IMG/VR virus record: IMGVR_UViG_3300015603_000051
Coordinates: 1,358 to 65,357 of that record
Strand: one strand, 5' to 3'
DNA: 64,000 nt
From: a virus
Taxonomy: Duplodnaviria; Caudoviricetes
The notes below the pieces were generated by a model. It was not told where the DNA came from, ran no database searches, and worked only from the letters and a program-made list of their open reading frames with translations. The position numbers and the translations under genes are program-made. This document shows, piece by piece, positions 35,939 through 44,847 of this stretch (position 1 is the first letter of the stretch; every line of letters starts with the position of its first letter).

Positions 35939-38681
35939 GCTGCCGGTTCAGGTATGCCTCAAGGTGGATGTTGCGCTCACGGCAGAATTTTCTGAACTCC
36001 GCTGCCACAATGTACAGCCGCTTGCACCCTGTCTCATACCTAGCCATAAGCGCGCCGCGCGGGATGCACACCGGTGGAGCACTCAGCCCTGTGCGTTCAT
36101 CTTTCCGCTCGTCCAGAACGAGGATGTTGGTGATGTTGCTGTTGATGAACTCAGCCAGTACGTTAGCGTCGTTCTCGATTATATCAAGTGCCTCATGGCT
36201 TGAGCTGCCGCCCAGACCGGTACGCATACGCTCGACATACTGCAGAATCCATGTGCGCATTTTGTCCATGTCATTGTCATGCAGCCCCAACTCACTCGCG
36301 ATCTGCCCCGCCACGATGGTAGCTGCAAATGCTGCAGACCAGAAACGCTCGCGGCCAGTAAACCGACCATCACGGTCCAGTGACTCCTGCTCAATTGCTA
36401 CAAGTTTCTTCACGTGTTCCAGATTCTCGACTACGTACTTCATGAAGATAATGCCAGCATGCCCGTAGTTTGTAAGCAGGTGCGGGTACAGCCGGTCAGC
36501 TTCGATCTTGGTAAATGCTGTCGGTGGCGGCACGGTCATTTCAATGATGCGGTACTGCTCACCCTGAGTGCCCTGCCCCTGCGCCTGCAGCATTTCAATC
36601 ATCGCGCCGTTGGACGACGACACAGCGATAGCGCCCCATGTGGTTGTGTTCGCGCGCTCTGTATTCGATGCCGAGTTCATCCGGTTACTGCCGCGCCCCT
36701 GCGTTACCGCCATGGCAAACGCCTTCACGCGCTCGACGGGGGCATTGGTCGCTTCGTCAATACAGATCACGATGTTCTTGTGTACGCCCATCCGGTTAAT
36801 CACTGCTGCCTGTGTATCGTTATAGGAAAGCAGCAGCGCTTTCGGGTCGCCCCAGATGCTCAGCGCAGCCATCTGTGCAGTCGACTTACCGGTGCCGGAG
36901 CCTTCACTGACCAAGTTGACCTGTACACCTGACAACCCTGTGAGCGCCAGCAGCGGACTACCGAAACCGCACATAAATGCGAACGCTTGGGTTTCATGGC
37001 CGGGGAGTGCATAGGACGAAATGACTTTCTTCCACGCTTCCAGCGAGCCTTCAGTGTCAAAGAATTTTGTCAGTGGCGCAAGGCTCGGCGCCGACGGACT
37101 GTACTTAATAGAATTATGCGCTGTGATTTCCTTGTTGCCGATCACAAACGACTTCATATGCTCGCTCCAACCAAATTGAGTTTTTACCATATCAACCTCC
37201 AAATCTTTTGCAAGCGTTTCAAACCATCTGCGCACATAGCTTCTCATGTGAAAAATCTCCTTCTCCCAAAGCAGCATGCCGTTCATATTCAGTATGTCCC
37301 GCAACCTGTCAGGCGCACTGATATCGGAAGTCGACATGATGAAATCAATTACCCCGTCTTTCGGGTGATGTACACGACACTGCACCATGTAGCCCTCAGA
37401 CTCCGCGCGCAGGCGGCGTACCATATAAAAATCTCTGTCATATACTTCAATGTCGCCCGCTTCATCGTCCTTCGGGTTCGGCATGAACACACCACCGTCT
37501 TTACCCCTGAAGTACGGAGCCGGATATTCAGGTATCGTATATACAACTTTTTCATCTTCAACAACTTTGTTTTGGTCGAGCACAATGTTGTCTGCTGCGG
37601 TCGCCTTCGGCGTATACTCACCAATCTGGATAGGTGACGTAATGTTGCCTGACAGCTTGCATCCCTTGCACAAGTCCGGCCAGTTGGCATTGAACGTCGC
37701 GCAGGTATACGGCCCAGCGATCAGTTCTGCTTTCCGTATTGTGGCAACAGGGTCATAGTCCTTGTGGTCCTTGGAAATATTCTGTATCCACAGCTCGCTA
37801 TCTTCACAAAATTTGGCTATCGACAGACCTGCCCGCCAGCGTGGTTCGTCCATCTTTGCGCGGTTTGCATTGATATCCTTTATCTGTGAACAGCCCTTGC
37901 CTGTCTCACTACGCTCAAGCACTAGAGAAAACTTTTTAGGTTTTCCGCCGACAATGCTGCGAGTTATGTCATCGATTTCTATGCCGCGCAGGTACTCTGG
38001 TATGGCGAACAGTGGGTCGGCTTCCTTTACTTCAGTCTGGATTTCCTTCGCCACCTTGCCGTACGATGCATCTAATGCGCCTAGAATTTCCTTCTGAGAA
38101 AATATAAAAACTTCTCCACGCAGTTTCACCTGCTTCGGGTTGTCTTCGTCCTTCAGGTTCAGCGTGCCGGGAATCCGTAAGATGCGGGCCAGATCGCTGG
38201 TCGTGGTCGGGTCTGCATACAGCTTGTGGGTATTACACAACACTTTCAGTTTCTCAGACGCGATCTTGGCCGGCGCCGGTTCCATTGCCGAGTCCATAAT
38301 CCAGTAAGCATGCACGCCGTTGCCGCTATCGACCGTGACGGGCACAGGCATACCTGTGGTTTTACAGAAAGCCAGCAAGCCCTCCATCGCTTCTATTTTC
38401 GTTTTGTACTCTTTGTTCTCGCCCGAATCGATATCCAGTTTCAACGTCTTGACGGAAAATACATTGTCCGCCTTGCGGTTGTCCATATTCTTCAGCGAAG
38501 AGGTGCAAAAGTAAGGATTTAGGCCCGATTCACCCAAGCTTACTGCCTCTGCAATAGCCCCATCGATATCTCCGGGCTCGAAGAATTTCTGTATTGGTTG
38601 TCGTTTAGGCCGTAGCCCAACTACACACATGTGCCCATCGGGGTCAAGCGCCGCCGACAGCAACTGCCGTGCTGCTTCCAT
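35763..38681 (-). CDS. primase-helicase (AEP-like N-terminus, DUF927-type helicase)
   Basis: LDID, SGNGVHAYW and RILRIPGT primase motifs; Cys cluster; Walker A GSGTGKST; Walker B CIDE. Confidence 0.88.
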   Translation of the reverse strand: MEAARQLLSAALDPDGHMCVVGLRPKRQPIQKFFEPGDIDGAIAEAVSLGESGLNPYFCTSSLKNMDNRKADNVFSVKTLKLDIDSGENKEYKTKIEAMEGLLAFCKTTGMPVPVTVDSGNGVHAYWIMDSAMEPAPAKIASEKLKVLCNTHKLYADPTTTSDLARILRIPGTLNLKDEDNPKQVKLRGEVFIFSQKEILGALDASYGKVAKEIQTEVKEADPLFAIPEYLRGIEIDDITRSIVGGKPKKFSLVLERSETGKGCSQIKDINANRAKMDEPRWRAGLSIAKFCEDSELWIQNISKDHKDYDPVATIRKAELIAGPYTCATFNANWPDLCKGCKLSGNITSPIQIGEYTPKATAADNIVLDQNKVVEDEKVVYTIPEYPAPYFRGKDGGVFMPNPKDDEAGDIEVYDRDFYMVRRLRAESEGYMVQCRVHHPKDGVIDFIMSTSDISAPDRLRDILNMNGMLLWEKEIFHMRSYVRRWFETLAKDLEVDMVKTQFGWSEHMKSFVIGNKEITAHNSIKYSPSAPSLAPLTKFFDTEGSLEAWKKVISSYALPGHETQAFAFMCGFGSPLLALTGLSGVQVNLVSEGSGTGKSTAQMAALSIWGDPKALLLSYNDTQAAVINRMGVHKNIVICIDEATNAPVERVKAFAMAVTQGRGSNRMNSASNTERANTTTWGAIAVSSSNGAMIEMLQAQGQGTQGEQYRIIEMTVPPPTAFTKIEADRLYPHLLTNYGHAGIIFMKYVVENLEHVKKLVAIEQESLDRDGRFTGRERFWSAAFAATIVAGQIASELGLHDNDMDKMRTWILQYVERMRTGLGGSSSHEALDIIENDANVLAEFINSNITNILVLDERKDERTGLSAPPVCIPRGALMARYETGCKRLYIVAAEFRKFCRERNIHLEAYLNRQLEAGNYIKNDAKRMAAGTSLPPTPGRAYWFNITEGWDDALVHLEIPPTEEGEGPAKPN

Positions 38682-38692
38682 ATGCGTGCCCC

Positions 38693-38875
38693 TTAAAGAT
38701 AGCTGACTGATTGCAGCTGGGCTCGCTGTTCTGCTGCGGCGCGCAGACGATCATGCTTGTCGCGCATCCGATAAAAAAGTTCCTTCTGTACTGCCGGCCA
38801 GTCTTGAAACGCCCCCGTGACATAGACTTGTTGTACAAGTTCTTCATCCGTTAAATGACTTAACTCTGTTTGCAT
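38693..38875 (-). CDS. hypothetical protein
   Basis: GGAGG RBS; LTDEELV start. Confidence 0.6.
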   Translation of the reverse strand: MQTELSHLTDEELVQQVYVTGAFQDWPAVQKELFYRMRDKHDRLRAAAEQRAQLQSVSYL

Positions 38876-38896
38876 GGTAGTCCTTCTTTTTGTTTG

Positions 38897-39139
38897 TTAT
38901 CCAGCCAACGATTTGTATAGTGCCTCGATCTTGTCGAGAACTTCTTTTTTTGGTTTGTACTCGCCGTCGAGATATCCATACAGCGCCGCACGGGTGATGC
39001 CGACTTTCTCTGCCGCTTCTACCACTGGAATGTTATTTTGGATGCACCGCTCAACGAGCAGGAATACTGGATTGGTCGGGTCTTGTTGGAGTGCAGCTTC
39101 AACCCGTTTGACCAGCATATACGAAAAACCCTTAGCCAT
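38897..39139 (-). CDS. HTH DNA-binding protein
   Basis: VVEAAEKVGITRAALYGYLDG...P motif. Confidence 0.8.
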   Translation of the reverse strand: MAKGFSYMLVKRVEAALQQDPTNPVFLLVERCIQNNIPVVEAAEKVGITRAALYGYLDGEYKPKKEVLDKIEALYKSLAG

Positions 39140-39151
39140 ATATACCTTTCG

Positions 39152-39177
39152 AAAAAAAGTGGGCCGAAGCCCACTTT
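39152..39177 (-). terminator. Rho-independent terminator
   Basis: Minus-strand AAAGTGGGC-TTCG-GCCCACTTTTTTT after the SSB-like gene. Confidence 0.88.
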
Positions 39178-39191
39178 GTCAAACATTAAAA

Positions 39192-40166
39192 TTACTCGTC
39201 GTCCCAAGCAGCCATAACATCGGCTGCGGATTTCGGAGCACTAACTGCGGGCTTGGCATCCTTACGGACCACTGCTACTTCCACGACCTCGGTAACTTCT
39301 ACCACTTCAACCACGTCTTCTGCTACGGAAGCAGGTGCTGGCTTAGGCGCTGGTGCCTTCGGCGCTGATGTTTTTACTGCTGGCTTAGCCATTGCTACTG
39401 CTTGTACCGGCTTTGCCTCGACCGATGCTTTGGCGTCAGACTCTTCTTTGATGAAGAAGTCATGCTTGATGGCTTCCTGCGCTTCGTACGTCTGGCCTTG
39501 CTCGGTACACTGTGCATACTCTTCTGCGGTCAACGGACGCACTGCGCGGAAGAAGATTTTAGGCGTAGCGGAGTTGGTGTCGAACTCCATTTCAGTGACT
39601 ACAGCCGTCAGGTTGATGCGGTGTGCCGCGAGTTGCTTGGCGTACGCCTGCAGTGGCATGTCATTACCTTCTGCCTTACCGAACAGCGACTGTGCGGGGA
39701 TAGACAGCTTGTACACGCTACCGCCGAAATCGTTGTCCAGCACGACTGCCAGATTGCGGCTGAACCGGCATGCGCGCGATGTGCCTTGGCCAGACCCAGC
39801 GATATTCTGCGGGCAGGTAGCGCACTTCGATGCCTGTGGGTTCGGCGCTTTTTCGTCTGGCGTCACATCATCACTCGACCAGCACTCAGGAGAAGCATTC
39901 TCGCCTTCGACGTAGGCACCAGCATACCAAGTACGCTGCGTGTGTGGCGACGCAGCAACAATAACCACGTTCATCTTGCGGTCGGTGTTCTTGGACACTT
40001 CCTCATTACCAGCCATCATGCGCCATACGCCGCCACGGATGGAGATACGTACACCGCCGCCAGCGGAACCCGCCAGTGCTTTGGTTACTGCATCCAGTTC
40101 CAGATTCTGAAGGTGGGCCGGGAGGGTGTTGCCATCCTTTGTAAACAGAGTCATTTCTGTAGCCAT
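39192..40166 (-). CDS. putative ssDNA-binding protein
   Basis: GAGG RBS; RISIRGG, CWS.D, C..CPQNI.GSG...RAC; acidic tail WDDE. Confidence 0.65.
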   Translation of the reverse strand: MATEMTLFTKDGNTLPAHLQNLELDAVTKALAGSAGGGVRISIRGGVWRMMAGNEEVSKNTDRKMNVVIVAASPHTQRTWYAGAYVEGENASPECWSSDDVTPDEKAPNPQASKCATCPQNIAGSGQGTSRACRFSRNLAVVLDNDFGGSVYKLSIPAQSLFGKAEGNDMPLQAYAKQLAAHRINLTAVVTEMEFDTNSATPKIFFRAVRPLTAEEYAQCTEQGQTYEAQEAIKHDFFIKEESDAKASVEAKPVQAVAMAKPAVKTSAPKAPAPKPAPASVAEDVVEVVEVTEVVEVAVVRKDAKPAVSAPKSAADVMAAWDDE

Positions 40167-40179
40167 TTTATTACCTCTT

Positions 40180-40572
40180 TTAGTTAGTTGCACGACGCAC
40201 AACGACGTCGTATTTTTGTTCAACATTGATGCCATTTGGTATTTGGTCTGGGTGAGCATCGATCCACTCACCTGTATTTTTCTGCGCTACCCGCACATCG
40301 AGCATGCCTTCAACTTTATTCTCGATGCAGAATTGCAGGAACGCATCTTTGTCTGCGGTCCAGAACCGGCGCTTGACCACCCGTGTTGCAGTGCCAAACT
40401 CAGTCTTGATCGCCGTGCCGCCAGTCGCTTTGATTTCTTCCTCAATAGCGTGCTTCAGCACATCCATCTGTTCTTCTATAGTGGCTTCTTCCAGTTTGTG
40501 CCGCGCGGCCATTTCGGCCTTTGCATCACGCATCTTGACGAAGACTTTCACCATCTTGTCTACGTTACCCAT
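40180..40572 (-). CDS. replication-module coiled-coil protein
   Basis: GGAGG RBS; KT.FGT motif. Confidence 0.7.
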   Translation of the reverse strand: MGNVDKMVKVFVKMRDAKAEMAARHKLEEATIEEQMDVLKHAIEEEIKATGGTAIKTEFGTATRVVKRRFWTADKDAFLQFCIENKVEGMLDVRVAQKNTGEWIDAHPDQIPNGINVEQKYDVVVRRATN

Positions 40573-40617
40573 GTTACCTCCCATTTAAACTGCAGTGAAT
40601 TATTCACCGGTAGATAC

Positions 40618-40646
40618 ATCATACATACCTTTCTATACTAAGTCAA
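40618..40646 (-). promoter_or_regulatory. sigma70-like promoter
   Basis: TTGACT-17 nt-TATGAT. Confidence 0.65.
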
Positions 40647-42187
40647 GAGTTTTTTAGCTCTTCCCTATACAATTCCAACAGGTCGCGTTGGTCTGCTCCC
40701 CGCGTCTCCAACACCTTGTACAACTTCTGCTCGACAGGACTGCCAACCAGCTTTACTACGGTCATGCTATTTACTTGCCCCGGCCTATCCATACGGGCAT
40801 TGGCCTGATTCCATAATTCTAGCGATGGTACTGGGGTGAACCAAATCGTCGTTGACGCCCTTGTAAGCGTGAGCCCATGCGCCGCAGCGCGCGGTTGCAG
40901 CAAGAGCACCTTCATTTCATCTTCATGTTGAAACGCCTTGATAAGCCTGCTGCGTTCGTCCTTACCAACCGACCCATTGATGATGCCGTGCTTAATATGG
41001 TGCTTGTCTAGGAACTCGGATATGGCAACGAAGCTGTGCTTGAAGGTAGCAAACACTAAAACTTTATTAGGACAGTCATTTATCACTTCCAGCATTTCAT
41101 TTAGTCTGGTCGTGGCCTTAAAGTCTACTACGTTTCCGTCGTCTGAATACACACATCCTGCAGAAATTTGTAAAAGCTTACCTAATAAAACTCCTGCGTT
41201 GACTGCGGTAATCTGCTCGCCTGCGGCATCCATCAACAGCTCAGCTTTCATCTTTTTGTAGTAGCTGGCTTGCCCCGGCGACATTTGAATCTCGCGGGTT
41301 TGATATACGATCGGCGGCAGGTCTAGGCAGTCTTTCTTGTCAAACCGGATCGCCGGCTGCATAGCCTTGTGCACCAATTCCTTCGAGCCCAGCTTCGGCA
41401 CCCATGTAAACATGGACACCTTATACATGGTCAAATCTTTCCAGCTATTGGCAAAGCGCGGCACGCCGTCAGGGTTGACCAGCTTCGCAATACCGTACGC
41501 GTCGACAGGGTTGTTCGCTGCCGGTGTGCCGGTCAGCATCCACAGATAGGTTTCCTCCAGTACCAGTGTCTTGAGCGCCTTCCACCGGTCGCTGCCTACA
41601 TCCTTCATGCAAGTTGCTTCATCAACAACTATCAGATCGAACTTCTCGGCGGCCAGCTCTCGGGTTACAGTCTTGATGCCGTCGTGGTTGATGACTACAA
41701 AGTCACAGTTGCCACGTATTACCTTCAGCCGCTGCTCCCGCGTACCGTGCGCAATGCCGACTGTGCGGTGTATGGCGGTCTGGAAAATGTCTGACTCCCA
41801 CGCCGACTTCAGGATGGACAGCGGGGCAATAACCAGTGCGCGTTTAATCAGCCCCTTCGTCATCAGGTAGTCTGCGGCCCAGATCGTTGCACTCGACTTG
41901 CCTAGACCCATATCGCCAAAGTTGAAGCATTTGCGGTTGAGCGTGGTGAACTCTGCCATGGTGCGCTGATGGTCGAACGGCTTATAAAATCCGGGGTAGT
42001 CATAGTCTTTTATGATCGGGCTCGGCGTCGACTTGAACCCTAGCTTAACCAGCGCTTGGGCATTCTCCATCGTCCACTTCACCAGCACATGCCCGTCGCC
42101 AAGGTGGGCGCTCTGTTCGATTGTTTCAGTTATACGGGCTGGATATCGCGTGCGTAGCGAGATTGCCTTGTTGTCAATTATTTCCAT
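40643..42187 (-). CDS. SNF2-family (SF2) helicase
   Basis: DMGLGKS, VVDEA, LTGTP, HGLTLT, QANARMDRPGQ motifs. Confidence 0.92.
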   Translation of the reverse strand: MEIIDNKAISLRTRYPARITETIEQSAHLGDGHVLVKWTMENAQALVKLGFKSTPSPIIKDYDYPGFYKPFDHQRTMAEFTTLNRKCFNFGDMGLGKSSATIWAADYLMTKGLIKRALVIAPLSILKSAWESDIFQTAIHRTVGIAHGTREQRLKVIRGNCDFVVINHDGIKTVTRELAAEKFDLIVVDEATCMKDVGSDRWKALKTLVLEETYLWMLTGTPAANNPVDAYGIAKLVNPDGVPRFANSWKDLTMYKVSMFTWVPKLGSKELVHKAMQPAIRFDKKDCLDLPPIVYQTREIQMSPGQASYYKKMKAELLMDAAGEQITAVNAGVLLGKLLQISAGCVYSDDGNVVDFKATTRLNEMLEVINDCPNKVLVFATFKHSFVAISEFLDKHHIKHGIINGSVGKDERSRLIKAFQHEDEMKVLLLQPRAAAHGLTLTRASTTIWFTPVPSLELWNQANARMDRPGQVNSMTVVKLVGSPVEQKLYKVLETRGADQRDLLELYREELKNS

Positions 42188-42540
42188 GTGAACTCCAGCG
42201 GGTCTTTTTTAGTTATAGCTGCGTTAGGTATGCTTACGTATCCTTGCCTACCATGTGTGCCAACGCCCTCTATCGAATTGTGGGGTCCTCCTGCCATTAG
42301 CATTAACCACTTCGTATAAATTTCTTTTGGTAGAAAGTCCAACCGGTCAACAATAATTCTGTCGTAGAAGTCATGTTCCCCCGAGAATACGTTAATTATA
42401 GAAAATACTTCCGTTGTACTTCCATCCTCTGTATTAACAAGCGTATGATATTCAATCGCCAATGTTTTTGGCTGCGTGTGTGTTTTGCCTTGCATCGCAG
42501 CGGCGTAAAGGCCATTACTCATGCCGTATGGTGAGCCCAT
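42178..42540 (-). CDS. hypothetical protein (AT-rich insert)
   Basis: ORF filling the gap; ATG at 42540 after AGGA. Confidence 0.55.
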   Translation of the reverse strand: MGSPYGMSNGLYAAAMQGKTHTQPKTLAIEYHTLVNTEDGSTTEVFSIINVFSGEHDFYDRIIVDRLDFLPKEIYTKWLMLMAGGPHNSIEGVGTHGRQGYVSIPNAAITKKDPLEFTWK

Positions 42541-42541
42541 G

Positions 42542-42877
42542 TCAAATCCTAAACCGAGAAAATTCACCTTCTAGTGACGCAACGTGTGCGTATTGCCTTG
42601 GGTAAAAATTTTCATCCACGCCCTGCTCAATAGCCAAGCCATACAGAACAAACGCTTCTGTCGAGTCTGAAGGGTTCCGTATTTTATACTCCCCAAATCC
42701 GGGTATACGGACACCTCTACCAGCAGCGCGAAGTATGAGCATGCGGCTCTTTATCAGTTCTGGCAAACTATCTACATTCCGGCTCCACACGTTTCTATCA
42801 TCAATGTTTGAGATATAACAATGCAGTGCGCCGCCATAAGCACTTGACGGTCCAGTAATATTTATTTTTATAGCCAT
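42542..42877 (-). CDS. hypothetical protein (AT-rich insert)
   Basis: GGGAG RBS; promoter upstream. Confidence 0.65.
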   Translation of the reverse strand: MAIKINITGPSSAYGGALHCYISNIDDRNVWSRNVDSLPELIKSRMLILRAAGRGVRIPGFGEYKIRNPSDSTEAFVLYGLAIEQGVDENFYPRQYAHVASLEGEFSRFRI

Positions 42878-42906
42878 AACTTTCTCCCAAAAGCTTTACT
42901 ATGTAT

Positions 42907-42935
42907 AGTATATACAGGCACCGAGCGTAATGCAA
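42907..42935 (-). promoter_or_regulatory. sigma70-like promoter
   Basis: TTGCAT-17 nt-TATACT. Confidence 0.55.
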
Positions 42936-42946
42936 GGTGCTATTCG

Positions 42947-43210
42947 TTATTTTTTACGGCTCGCTTTTGGCTTGCCGCTCGACGTGCGCGGGTAGGACAT
43001 ATTAGCACTAGGCGATACCAGTCGTCGGTTAGATGCAGCGTTACTGCCGCCCAGACTCAACGGCACGATGTGGTCGATCTGCTTGCCGGTACGGTCAACG
43101 CCTTTGGCATCTAACTCCCTGCGCGCTTTCTGTCGCTCCATACGTAGAGGCAATTCTCCACGCTTTTGCTGTAGATCATACTCATGTTTATAGTCCCGCT
43201 TCGTAGCCAT
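42947..43210 (-). CDS. small HNH protein
   Basis: RDYK.EY, IDHIVPLSLGGSN..SN..L....AN motifs. Confidence 0.8.
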   Translation of the reverse strand: MATKRDYKHEYDLQQKRGELPLRMERQKARRELDAKGVDRTGKQIDHIVPLSLGGSNAASNRRLVSPSANMSYPRTSSGKPKASRKK

Positions 43211-44832
43211 CAATATCTCCTTTTGTTGGATTTAAATTCACACCCGTCTACAGGGCAGAACCCGCATAGCCCTGACGGAGACGGGCTAAACGTACCACTC
43301 TTTTTGGCAACTTCAATGCGCTGCACATCCTGAATCCATTTACGCCATAACAGTTTCTGGTCTTTCTTCAGATACGTCGCCTGCACCAGCTGGTCGACCA
43401 CAAGGAATACCAACCCACCGCGCACCTTGTCCACCTTCGGGAAGTGCCTGAACACCATCAGTGCCATCAGCTCCAACTGCTTCGGGTCAGCAAACTTGCT
43501 GCTCTTGCCTGTATTGTGCGTAGGTATAAAATTTCTAGTACACAAAAAAGTATTGTCTGGCGAGTTTACTGAAATACACTGCGTAGAAACCGGAGCTGTT
43601 TTCTTAACTGATACTACTTTTCTATACCAAGAATTACCGGCCCCCCACTCTACATTTATTCTATCCGCCTTTCTAGGCAGGAGGAAGGGGTTAAACCCAA
43701 TAGGTCTAAATGCAAGTGGATATGCCGTGACAGTCAAACCAAACCCGTGCTGTAGCGTCTTCGCTTGGTTTACCCGCTGCCCCATAGACTCAAGCAAACA
43801 CTTTACATCGTCAGACAGGCGTTTATCGCAAGTAGTAAATACGGCCTGTTTTCTCGTAGGATTTGCGTTCCCGTCGCCATCCATAAGTCCCCGTATAAGG
43901 TCGAGGCGTTGTGCGGAAGAAGCCGTCAGATACTCCGCTGGGATATGTTTATTGTTGAGTACGCCGATTGCTTTTAGTTTCCTAGATAGCCCGTAAATAG
44001 TTCTGGTGGGGCAAGTGTTATTTTTTCCGCTTGTATCTCCCCCCGCTACATACCCGCGTCTAGCTATTTCTTCCCACACAAAAGCATCTGGCTTTGAAAT
44101 TGAACTAGAGCGAGAACTGCCGTCCGCTATCCACAAACCAAGAATATAGGGGTCTACCGTCAGCTTTTTATGCTCTGTTTGTGTAGGCTTACACACAGCT
44201 ATTTTACTACCAACTGCCAGCTCAGTTACAGATACGACTGCCCCATCATAAAGTTTCCACAGATGTACGTCGTCGCATACAACAGAAGTTTTATCGTCAA
44301 ATTTAACTTCGTAGCACTCTCTATTATGTATGCCAGACTTGCCAACAACCTTGCATTGCTCTCCATTGCTGTCGAATACAGTATCCCCCACAGCTAAATC
44401 ACGCATAGTAACGAACCCGCTAGGAGTTGGTATTTCTTCAGTAAGGGCTAACCCTTTCCAGTCCAGCACTCGGGCCGTCGTACCGTTTACCACCAACACA
44501 TCTGCGATACCGCGAACAAATCGATCAGCAGAATCAAAGTCGCAAGGGCGCAGGTTGTAGTCCAAAGCCATTTTATATTCAACGTACCTATCTCCATCCA
44601 TATCCTCTACCTTTTTTACGGCAGGCATGAACTTGGCATGCTGCTCAGGTAGTGGGGTCTTACCATTCAAATGATCTTCGATCGCTTCATGCACCAGCGT
44701 GCCGTACAGCGTAGCCTCATTACCCGAGTCTTTCACATCCTTCAGCACGTATTGGTGCTGGTAACGGCGCGCACATTGTTGAAAGGTTTTCAATGCGCTG
44801 AACGACCATGTGACCGGAATTTCGTTGTCCAT
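43210..44832 (-). CDS. Cas4-like PD-(D/E)xK exonuclease with intein (226 aa spliced)
   Basis: WSFS.L..F..C, G..VH..IE, RGIAD, DWK|TGK, QL, C-terminal LCGFCP...C. Confidence 0.9.
   Translation of the reverse strand: MDNEIPVTWSFSALKTFQQCARRYQHQYVLKDVKDSGNEATLYGTLVHEAIEDHLNGKTPLPEQHAKFMPAVKKVEDMDGDRYVEYKMALDYNLRPCDFDSADRFVRGIADVLVVNGTTARVLDWKGLALTEEIPTPSGFVTMRDLAVGDTVFDSNGEQCKVVGKSGIHNRECYEVKFDDKTSVVCDDVHLWKLYDGAVVSVTELAVGSKIAVCKPTQTEHKKLTVDPYILGLWIADGSSRSSSISKPDAFVWEEIARRGYVAGGDTSGKNNTCPTRTIYGLSRKLKAIGVLNNKHIPAEYLTASSAQRLDLIRGLMDGDGNANPTRKQAVFTTCDKRLSDDVKCLLESMGQRVNQAKTLQHGFGLTVTAYPLAFRPIGFNPFLLPRKADRINVEWGAGNSWYRKVVSVKKTAPVSTQCISVNSPDNTFLCTRNFIPTHNTGKSSKFADPKQLELMALMVFRHFPKVDKVRGGLVFLVVDQLVQATYLKKDQKLLWRKWIQDVQRIEVAKKSGTFSPSPSGLCGFCPVDGCEFKSNKRRY
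43513..44454 (-). mobile_element. class 3-type intein with LAGLIDADG endonuclease (314 aa)
   Basis: Starts GLALTEEIPTPSG; HLW, TQCISV, IPTHN|T; LAGLIDADG-like PYILGLWIADG and LIRGLMDGDG. Confidence 0.9.
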
Positions 44833-44847
44833 ATTGTCCTTTTGTTA

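Noticed and set aside
43210-44832. Cas4-like gene plus repeats as a CRISPR system
   Set aside because: No cas1/cas2 and no repeat-spacer array. The palindromes are hundreds to thousands of bp apart, and solo Cas4-like nucleases are common in phage replication modules.
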